From an uncultured Candidatus Saccharibacteria bacterium (GTDB taxonomy: Bacteria > Patescibacteriota > Minisyncoccia > 2-02-FULL-40-12 > GWA2-44-9), in the NCBI GenBank assembly GCA_964429675.1, contig CAYSDF010000001.1, forward strand, positions 1 to 45,428: a stretch of DNA of 45,428 nt, in the 5' to 3' direction. How positions within the stretch are numbered: the first letter of the stretch is position 1; the number at the start of each line of letters is the position of its first letter. Below are positions 9,266-16,228 of this stretch, one piece after another. The notes beneath the pieces are model-generated. The model made no database searches, was not told the DNA's origin, and saw only the letters and a program-made list of their open reading frames with translations. The position numbers and the translations under genes were made by a program.

Positions 9266-9742
9266 ATGCCAAGCTGGGTCACAGATGAGAAAGGTCTTTG
9301 GCATCCCGCCAAAGAAAAGGTAGGGTTGACGAATCATGGAGATAAACCATTTAAACATCCGGTGACCGGAGAGATGATAGGCCCCGGAGAACCGTTTATT
9401 TACGAAGGCCCGGACAGAGCGGCTTTGTTCGAGCTTTATACTATTGATAAGACCGGCAAGACTACGACGTTAGGCGAGAACTTCCGGCAGAACACGGAGT
9501 TTCTGGAATATTACGCCAAGATGAGGAATGCGTTCGGGTTTACTAATGTCGACCAATTCTTGGAATATCTGGGGTATGACGAGGAAGGCAAGAAGAAAGA
9601 ATTCGAGGAAAAGGCTTCTCGGATTAACAAGCATGAAATCCCCAAGCGGGTCAAAGAGATTCAGAAGTTAGGCGGTGGGGATGACAGGGCCGGAGGCAAG
9701 AATGTCCGTTTTGGCGGGTTTGGGGACATACCGAAAGAATAA
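9266..9742 (+). CDS. hypothetical protein (158 aa)
   Basis: GAGAGGAG RBS. In the operon. Confidence 0.55.
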   Translation: MPSWVTDEKGLWHPAKEKVGLTNHGDKPFKHPVTGEMIGPGEPFIYEGPDRAALFELYTIDKTGKTTTLGENFRQNTEFLEYYAKMRNAFGFTNVDQFLEYLGYDEEGKKKEFEEKASRINKHEIPKRVKEIQKLGGGDDRAGGKNVRFGGFGDIPKE

Positions 9743-10011
9743 TGGGATACAACGTCGTAGTTGTAGGGAATACCGCAACGAAGATACTAACGCAGCCGAC
9801 AGCGGGACGCTCCCGCAAGTCGGCTGTTTTTACTAACAACTCGGGGTACATTGTGTATATCGGATTCGATTCAAATGTGACGGTTGATACGGGGTTTCCT
9901 TTGAATCAGAATGATATCTGGCAGACGAATGAGCCAAGGTGTTATCAGGGAGAAGTTTACGGGATACTGACCAGCGGTACAGCGAGTGTCCCGTATCAGG
10001 AGATTCTATGA
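9742..10011 (+). CDS. small beta-rich virion-module protein (89 aa)
   Basis: Start overlaps the upstream stop (TAATG). ATGA overlap with the fibre gene. Confidence 0.5.
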   Translation: MGYNVVVVGNTATKILTQPTAGRSRKSAVFTNNSGYIVYIGFDSNVTVDTGFPLNQNDIWQTNEPRCYQGEVYGILTSGTASVPYQEIL

Positions 10012-11018
10012 CGATGGAAGTAAAAAGAGCCGGAGGCGGTGGTGCTGGGTCGAGTAATAGTGGATGGACAGATGACGGAACAGTCGTCCGGCTGACGACG
10101 GCAACGGATAAAGTCGGAATAGGGAATACCAATCCACAAAGTGCCCTTTCTGTTGGGAGCTTAGCTACTTTTAATTCTAAATCAATTTTTGAGATTTATG
10201 AACAGGCTACTTCTACCAACAACCTAGAAGGGGTTATGTATGGAGAGCTTGATTACGATTTGCAAAATAATAATAATACGTCTCTATATGGAATGGATTT
10301 TGAACTTTACCCAAATTTTGCGCAAAATAATGTTGCAATGAATAGGATTGATAGTATTTATAATTTAGTTTATGTATCTCAAGACCAAGGATTGACTGGG
10401 AATTCTTTTAGTCTCATTACTGGATATTACGCCCAAATTAATATTAATAACGGAATTACAGTTAACGATGCCTATGGTCTTTTAATTAGTGCTGTAACAG
10501 GGGCGGTCAACAACTGGGGAATTTATGTTAGTGATGCCAGTGCTAAAAATTACTTGGCTGGAGTTCTTCAGTTAGATAACAAAATTACAAAATATAATGG
10601 TATTGCTACAGTTTCCAACGGTGCCCCTGCCGAATACGCTACAGTTGACTTGACGGGTCAAACCGCCGCAATTACTGCCACAACTGCCTATGCTGTTCCC
10701 GCTAGCGGAGCTGGGATGTATAGAATTTCATGGGTAGCGAAAGTTACGACAGCAGCCTCGGTTTCTTCGGTTTTGGGTGGAACAAATGGGTTTCAGATTA
10801 AATATACCGACGCGGATGATTCGGTGGTGGTCACTACGGGAGCTTTGGCAAATGAGAATACGCTATCATTGAGTACAAATACCACACAAACCATTTATGT
10901 TGGTGCTTTGGTGGTTAATGCCAAAGCCAGCACAAATATTCAGTATTTAATGGATTACACGAGTGCAGGGGGAACCGCAATGCAATATAATCTTCATTTA
11001 AAAGTTGAGGCTCTATAA
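10008..11018 (+). CDS. tail-fibre-like protein (336 aa)
   Basis: Start chosen at the ATG overlapping the upstream stop. The N-terminus DDGTVVRLTTATDKVGIGNTNPQSALSV carries the VGIGTxxP fibre motif that is also repeated in 14660..16228. Confidence 0.6.
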   Translation: MTMEVKRAGGGGAGSSNSGWTDDGTVVRLTTATDKVGIGNTNPQSALSVGSLATFNSKSIFEIYEQATSTNNLEGVMYGELDYDLQNNNNTSLYGMDFELYPNFAQNNVAMNRIDSIYNLVYVSQDQGLTGNSFSLITGYYAQININNGITVNDAYGLLISAVTGAVNNWGIYVSDASAKNYLAGVLQLDNKITKYNGIATVSNGAPAEYATVDLTGQTAAITATTAYAVPASGAGMYRISWVAKVTTAASVSSVLGGTNGFQIKYTDADDSVVVTTGALANENTLSLSTNTTQTIYVGALVVNAKASTNIQYLMDYTSAGGTAMQYNLHLKVEAL

Positions 11019-11372
11019 ATGACACTTAAAAGTTATTATTTTCAGCAAATAGGTCAACAGTTCGCTTTTGCCAATGTTGCTTCTGGTTCCACAGATACGA
11101 GTTTGGTGACAGCGGTGGTTGGGATAAAAATCAGGGTTATTGCTTTAGTCATGGTCACCGCAGCCACAGCAACAAACGTGACCTTTAATACCAAGCCTTC
11201 GGGTTCTGGAACGGCTATCTCCTGCTTATTCGCTAACGGTGCCAATGGAGGAGCCGTACTGCCGTTTAATCCCGCCGGATGGTTTGAGACCAATGTGGGA
11301 GAGGGATTGACGGTTACAACTGGGTCAGGGTCAACGACAGGGATTTCGGTTGTTTATCAGGAGGTCGGATGA
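11019..11372 (+). CDS. small beta-rich virion-module protein (117 aa), Thr/Gly/Ala-rich
   Basis: Starts 1 nt after the fibre stop. ATGA overlap with the downstream GT-A-like gene. Confidence 0.5.
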   Translation: MTLKSYYFQQIGQQFAFANVASGSTDTSLVTAVVGIKIRVIALVMVTAATATNVTFNTKPSGSGTAISCLFANGANGGAVLPFNPAGWFETNVGEGLTVTTGSGSTTGISVVYQEVG

Positions 11373-12040
11373 AGATCTTAGTCGGGATACCGAGTATCCG
11401 TAGTTACGGACCGTTTATAGAATCCATGAATTCTTTTCTTCCAGCGATTTCCAAGTTCCATGAAGTTGAGGTCTACGAAGTCAGAAACCGAACCATCGCC
11501 GAAGCGAGGAATATGATAGCCGATTATTTCCTTTCCAAAGACTTTGAATACCTGCTTTTCTTAGATGACGACCATTCCGGGCACACCGTTGAAATGCTCG
11601 AGGTGCTTTTTAATACGAACGCTATGGTCTCAGGAATTAAATGCTACCGTAAAGATTTTCCTTACTTACCGAATCTTCTGGATTATTCCGGGAATTCCGA
11701 GGAATTGGTGAAGTATAGAGTCAAAGACGAAACAACAGGTATTCTGGAATGCGACCTTGTCGGATTTGGAATGACGCTGATTAAACGGGAAGTCTTTAAT
11801 CTGATGTCTAAACCTTACTTCATTGGGAAAGAGAATCAGAAAGAAGACAATTATTTTTGCGACAAATTGAGGGAACGAGGAGTCAAACTCATGGGATGTT
11901 TTGATTACTGTTTACCTCATCAGGGAATCGGGGAGAAAGAAGCTAAAGAACTTTACGACCAAGAAATCCAGAAAGTCATGGAAAGAATCGTCAAAGAAAA
12001 TCCGGGGATAGGTCATTTTAATCTCTCATTAATAGCATAG
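11369..12040 (+). CDS. GT-A-like glycosyltransferase, structural-module copy 2
   Basis: 223 aa. N-terminal MKILVGIPSIRSY and FEYLLFLDDDHSGH. Paralogue of 8284..8958. Confidence 0.55.
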   Translation: MKILVGIPSIRSYGPFIESMNSFLPAISKFHEVEVYEVRNRTIAEARNMIADYFLSKDFEYLLFLDDDHSGHTVEMLEVLFNTNAMVSGIKCYRKDFPYLPNLLDYSGNSEELVKYRVKDETTGILECDLVGFGMTLIKREVFNLMSKPYFIGKENQKEDNYFCDKLRERGVKLMGCFDYCLPHQGIGEKEAKELYDQEIQKVMERIVKENPGIGHFNLSLIA

Positions 12041-12047
12041 GAGACGT

Positions 12048-12536
12048 ATGGCAAATGTAAAGATATCATATTCGGCGTCAGGAACGATAACTTGTACTTT
12101 AGCGGCTCTTGCCAGTTCTTCGACTATTGGGCAGAGTTCAACCTCGATAGATAACGGAACCAATCTTTATGACGATGTCCTTTTGAATCTCGGAATTAAG
12201 GTTTCAGGAACGGCGTTGGGTGCAGATAAAGCGGTGTTCGTTTATGTCTATGGTTCCGAGGATGGGACGAACTACTCCGGGGCTTCTTCTGAGGCGATTG
12301 GTTCGGATACAGCAGTGAATATCAACAGCCCTTCTAACCTTAGGGGCCCGGTTAATATATCAACGCCGGGTACTTCCCAGACGTACTTTCAGGTGATTCC
12401 TATCGCTCAGTTTTTCGGAGGCAGAATGCCAAGAAAATGGGGATACGTTGTGTTAAACGGCACGAAACAGAATTTCGACCCGACAGAAACAAATCACACC
12501 AAGACCTATACTGGTGTGACTTATACGGTGGTTTAA
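12048..12536 (+). CDS. hypothetical virion protein (162 aa)
   Basis: GGAGA RBS. Ser/Thr/Gly-rich. Confidence 0.55.
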   Translation: MANVKISYSASGTITCTLAALASSSTIGQSSTSIDNGTNLYDDVLLNLGIKVSGTALGADKAVFVYVYGSEDGTNYSGASSEAIGSDTAVNINSPSNLRGPVNISTPGTSQTYFQVIPIAQFFGGRMPRKWGYVVLNGTKQNFDPTETNHTKTYTGVTYTVV

Positions 12537-13384
12537 TGATAGCGACTAATTATTTTAAAAACAAGCCTCCTGTAGGAGCGATTATTGATTACGGGCATTC
12601 TTTATCTAAAGGGCTAAATGCGTGCTGGTTGATGAATGAAGGCGCAGGGAATACTATTAAGGACTTGATTAATCCTGCCAGTAATGGGAAATTTACCAAC
12701 TTTGCTGGGAATTCAGGGTGGAATAATAATGGTAAATTCGGAGAATGTGTAAGGATTCAAAACAGCACTAATTTTATTTCCTGTGGAACAAGGGATGTGG
12801 TTAAGCTCTCTTCTCCGATGACGATTAGTACTTGGGTTTATCCTAATAGTAAAGGCGGTGGCGGGTTAGCAAGAATCTTTTTTAAACAAGGCACTTCAAG
12901 TTCGCTCGGATTTCATTTTCAATTTGAGAGTGATGGCGTGGCGAATACATTCAGCTTGAGCATCGATGGTACCGCAACTACTGCCTCGGAAACGAATGGA
13001 TGTATTGTTTTTGGAGTATGGCAGCATTTACTAGGGACATGGGATGGAGGTACAGCCGGGAATGGGATTAGGCTTTATTACAATGGTTTAGAAAGCACTT
13101 ATGTCGGCAGGTTCGACGGTTCTGGTCAGGGGAATTTTTCAGGAGGGCTGAATCATATTGGTAATCGTGGTGATTTGGGTAGAGGAGTGGATGGGTCAAT
13201 AGATAATGTGATGATTTGGAACCGTGTTCTTAGCGCACAGGAAATATACAGTTTATACGTTAATCCATATTCAATGTTTTACAGTAATTATCTTACACAA
13301 TTCAGGAATTTAGGGATATTCAGGAAGACTTTATCTTCCATAGGAACCAGAACCGGGACAAGACAATCTCAGGAGTGGAACTAA
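12536..13384 (+). CDS. LamG / concanavalin-like lectin-fold protein (putative receptor-binding)
   Basis: 282 aa from the ATG overlapping the upstream stop (TAATG). Contains LNACWLMNEGAGNTIKDL and a C-terminal GSIDNVMIWNRVLSAQEIYSLY, as in Laminin_G_3-type domains. Confidence 0.6.
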   Translation: MIATNYFKNKPPVGAIIDYGHSLSKGLNACWLMNEGAGNTIKDLINPASNGKFTNFAGNSGWNNNGKFGECVRIQNSTNFISCGTRDVVKLSSPMTISTWVYPNSKGGGGLARIFFKQGTSSSLGFHFQFESDGVANTFSLSIDGTATTASETNGCIVFGVWQHLLGTWDGGTAGNGIRLYYNGLESTYVGRFDGSGQGNFSGGLNHIGNRGDLGRGVDGSIDNVMIWNRVLSAQEIYSLYVNPYSMFYSNYLTQFRNLGIFRKTLSSIGTRTGTRQSQEWN

Positions 13385-14410
13385 ATGGCTCTCTTAAAAC
13401 AAAGCACAGTCAGAGTTCGTTCTTTTAAAATGATAGATTCTTCAGACCATATCTCAAAGAAAACAAGTCTCACATGTACGGTGAATATCTCAAAGAATGG
13501 AGCTGGGTTTGGCGCAGCAGCGGGTTCGGTCGCAGAGATAGCGAACGGCTGGTACAGCGTGACCTTAACGGCGGCGGATACAGGGACTCTCGGAGACTTG
13601 GCTTTTTATATCACCGCCTCCGGTGCGGATGATACGGATTTCGTAGACCAAGTCGTCGCCTTTGACCCACAGGGATTGATTGCGGCTAATGTTATTCAGT
13701 ATGTCAGCGGGACAGCTTCGACGAATGTGGCTGGTATCCCGAAAGTAGATATTGTCGACGTCAGTGGTGTGGCGGTTTCAGCGACAACGGCACAGCTTGG
13801 TGTCAATGTTGTCAACTGGAACAACAGTGCCGTATCGGCTCCGAATATTGCCGGGGTTCCAAAGGTAGATATTGTGGATATCGGTGGGGCGGCTCTTTCT
13901 ACGAGTATTGCCCAAGTAGGAGTCAATGTTATTCAGTATGCTTCAGGTACAGCCTCTACCAATATCGCCGGAATTCCTAAAGTGGATTTCGTAGATATCG
14001 GAGGAGTGGCCCTCAATACTTCTCTTGCTCAACTTGGGGTTAATGTCGTTCAGTATGCCTCTGGGACAACTTCTACTAACGTTGCTGGAACGCCAAAGGT
14101 AGATTTGGTTTATACAAACGGAACTTCTCCTACGGTGCAGATAAAGAAAAATGCCGCTTACGATAATTTCACTTTTCCGATGATAGATTCCAGTGACCAC
14201 ATTAGTCTTAAAACTGGGTTGACGGTATCTGGGACGATTTCAAAGGACGGAGGTACCTTTGGGGCCTTGACGAATTCCGTGGCGGAGTTAGCCAGCGGAG
14301 TCTACAAAGTGAATCTGACGGCAAATGAATTGAATGCTAAGGACATTATGTTAAAGTTTACCGCTTCTGGAGGAGATACGAGGATAATCAAATTCGTAAC
14401 TCAAACTTAA
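13385..14410 (+). CDS. fibre-like protein with internal tandem repeats and duplicated end domains (341 aa)
   Basis: About 3.6 repeats of 39-40 aa (VIQY.SGTASTN.AGIPKVD.VD.GG.AL...AQ.GVN). The N- and C-terminal domains both carry MIDSSDHIS.KT.L. Confidence 0.6.
   Translation: MALLKQSTVRVRSFKMIDSSDHISKKTSLTCTVNISKNGAGFGAAAGSVAEIANGWYSVTLTAADTGTLGDLAFYITASGADDTDFVDQVVAFDPQGLIAANVIQYVSGTASTNVAGIPKVDIVDVSGVAVSATTAQLGVNVVNWNNSAVSAPNIAGVPKVDIVDIGGAALSTSIAQVGVNVIQYASGTASTNIAGIPKVDFVDIGGVALNTSLAQLGVNVVQYASGTTSTNVAGTPKVDLVYTNGTSPTVQIKKNAAYDNFTFPMIDSSDHISLKTGLTVSGTISKDGGTFGALTNSVAELASGVYKVNLTANELNAKDIMLKFTASGGDTRIIKFVTQT
13691..14110 (+). repeat. about 117-120 bp tandem coding repeats (about 3.6 copies)
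   Basis: Seen in the translated ORF 13385..14410. Boundaries are approximate. Confidence 0.7.
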
Positions 14411-14411
14411 A

Positions 14412-14663
14412 ATGTGGGATTTTTCTTCAACACTTTATCAAGCTACTTTTTTTAATATATTTCATGGGGTTGGGAATGTCTTTGATTTATCGAGTTCTGG
14501 AAGCGGTGGGTTAGGTGGAACAACCGGATTTTATCTTTTACTGATGGGTGTAGGCGGAGGAGCTAATGCAGTCGGTGGTGGAGGAGGAGATGCTGGGGCG
14601 TTAGGAGGAATAGGCGGTGATGCGTTGGGTGGTGTGGCTGGAGATGCTTTAGGAGGCGTATGA
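14412..14663 (+). CDS. Gly-rich small protein (83 aa)
   Basis: Starts 1 nt after the upstream stop. ATGA overlap with the next gene. C-terminal GGDA(L/G)GG repeats. Confidence 0.45.
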   Translation: MWDFSSTLYQATFFNIFHGVGNVFDLSSSGSGGLGGTTGFYLLLMGVGGGANAVGGGGGDAGALGGIGGDALGGVAGDALGGV

Positions 14664-16228
14664 TAAAAAAAATATTCTGGATTATTTCAATGCTTTTGAT
14701 TCCAACGGTATGTTGGGCGGTAACGAGAATCATCGACTTAAGTCAAATCACTCCGACGAATGACGACATTACTTACTGTGCCGATGGCGGAGCAACGGAT
14801 AGGAAATGCCAAGTAGGGGATATTTCTAAACTCTCAGGTTGGTCTAGGTCTAGCACGTATAGTCTCTTAAATACTCCCACAGATTACATCGGGATTGGGA
14901 CTTCGACACCTCAGGCTTATGTACATATTTACAATACAGACCCTATTGACCTTTTCAGAATAGATGACCAAGGCAGTGATACCACCCCTGTTATTGTTTC
15001 GCAAGATGGGCATGTTGGGATAGGTACAACGGCACCGAGCGGAGCTCTGGATGTTAGAGGAGCTGAAGTTAGAATCTGGACAGGCGCAGGGACAGATACG
15101 AATGCAGGTAATCCCGGAGAACTTTATGTGGAAGGAGACTTGGAGGTTGATGGGACGATCTACGGTGTAGCGGCTACATATACGGGTGATGTGACCGTGC
15201 CAACTGAAGTATATGATGCTTCTGGATGGGATGGTGATTTAACAGTCCCCACAAAGGATGCAGTAAGGGACAAGATTGAGACTTTAGGAGCCGTGACTAG
15301 CGGGTTTGTTGATGATGGAACAATCATCCGTTTAAATACCTCAACGGATACTGTGGGGTTAGGAACAACGACTTCTACTCCGAGACTGACTTTAGTGGGG
15401 TTAGGAACGACTTCCGCTACGAATTCTATGGTAATCACGGATTCAGCTTTATCAGAGAAATTGAGATTCGATGATTCTGGGCAGATGGGGATTGGGACTA
15501 CAGTGCCAAGAGGAAAACTTGACGTTGCGGGTACGGCGTATTTCGGGACGTCTGGTGCGGGGACTGTCTCAGGAGGGGCGAATCTAGCTATAAGCGGTGA
15601 TGGAGGGACAACGACGCATATGACCGTAAAAAGCACAGGACTAGTGGGGATTGGTTCAACGAATCCAATCGAGAAATTGGATGTGGCTGGGACTATAATT
15701 TCTTCCGGAGCAAGTAATGGAGTTAATTTTGGTGACGGGACTGTCTATGTTTATTCGACGGCAGCAGCCAATGGCAACTTGACTTTCGGGTCTGGGGACA
15801 ACGACAGAATGACTGTTAATACCATCGGTGATGTTGGAATCGGCTCGACTAATCCGACAGCTGCTCTGGAAATAGCTATTCCCACTGGTTCTAATTACGG
15901 ATTTTTGTTAAAAGGGAATTCTGGGGTAAATGGCGGGAATGCGGATTTCGAGTTGGATACCGCCAATGGCGCAGGGCAATGGGATTTAGCGGCAGACCAG
16001 CAAAGCAGCTCGAGGTTTGATATTTATGACCGGGTCAGCAATAAGACTCCGTTTAAAATAAATGTGGGAGCAGCCTCTAGTTCTTTTGTGATTTCGGCTG
16101 CAGGAGAAGTTTCTATGCAAGCGGTCAGTTCTGACGGGACAGGAAAAGTGGTATGTATAAAATCAGACGGGAATCTGGGAACTTGCGGAGCAGGGACTAT
16201 CGGGACTTCGACATGCACATGCAACTAA
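14660..16228 (+). CDS. tail-fibre-like protein with a Sec-type signal peptide (522 aa)
   Basis: N-terminus is MIKKIFWIISMLLIPTVCWA. At least six (I/V/M)G(I/L)G(T/S)T.P......L.(V/I) fibre repeats. Cys-rich C-terminus VVCIKSDGNLGTCG..TSTCTCN. Confidence 0.6.
   Translation: MIKKIFWIISMLLIPTVCWAVTRIIDLSQITPTNDDITYCADGGATDRKCQVGDISKLSGWSRSSTYSLLNTPTDYIGIGTSTPQAYVHIYNTDPIDLFRIDDQGSDTTPVIVSQDGHVGIGTTAPSGALDVRGAEVRIWTGAGTDTNAGNPGELYVEGDLEVDGTIYGVAATYTGDVTVPTEVYDASGWDGDLTVPTKDAVRDKIETLGAVTSGFVDDGTIIRLNTSTDTVGLGTTTSTPRLTLVGLGTTSATNSMVITDSALSEKLRFDDSGQMGIGTTVPRGKLDVAGTAYFGTSGAGTVSGGANLAISGDGGTTTHMTVKSTGLVGIGSTNPIEKLDVAGTIISSGASNGVNFGDGTVYVYSTAAANGNLTFGSGDNDRMTVNTIGDVGIGSTNPTAALEIAIPTGSNYGFLLKGNSGVNGGNADFELDTANGAGQWDLAADQQSSSRFDIYDRVSNKTPFKINVGAASSSFVISAAGEVSMQAVSSDGTGKVVCIKSDGNLGTCGAGTIGTSTCTCN

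Noticed and set aside
15160-15636. 158-aa minus-strand ORF inside the fibre gene
   Set aside because: It is antisense to a gene with clear repeated fibre motifs. It has no RBS and lies in a region that is otherwise uniformly plus-strand. The same reasoning applies to 13696..13926, 13943..14200, 16024..16224, 17119..17325, 17949..18392, 20557..20957 and 27530..27901.
16153-16218. Upstream in-frame extension of the beta-helix ORF (MYKIRRESGNL...)
   Set aside because: It overlaps the 3' end of the preceding fibre gene by 76 nt. The internal start MQLKK gives a canonical signal peptide closely matching that of the neighbouring gene.
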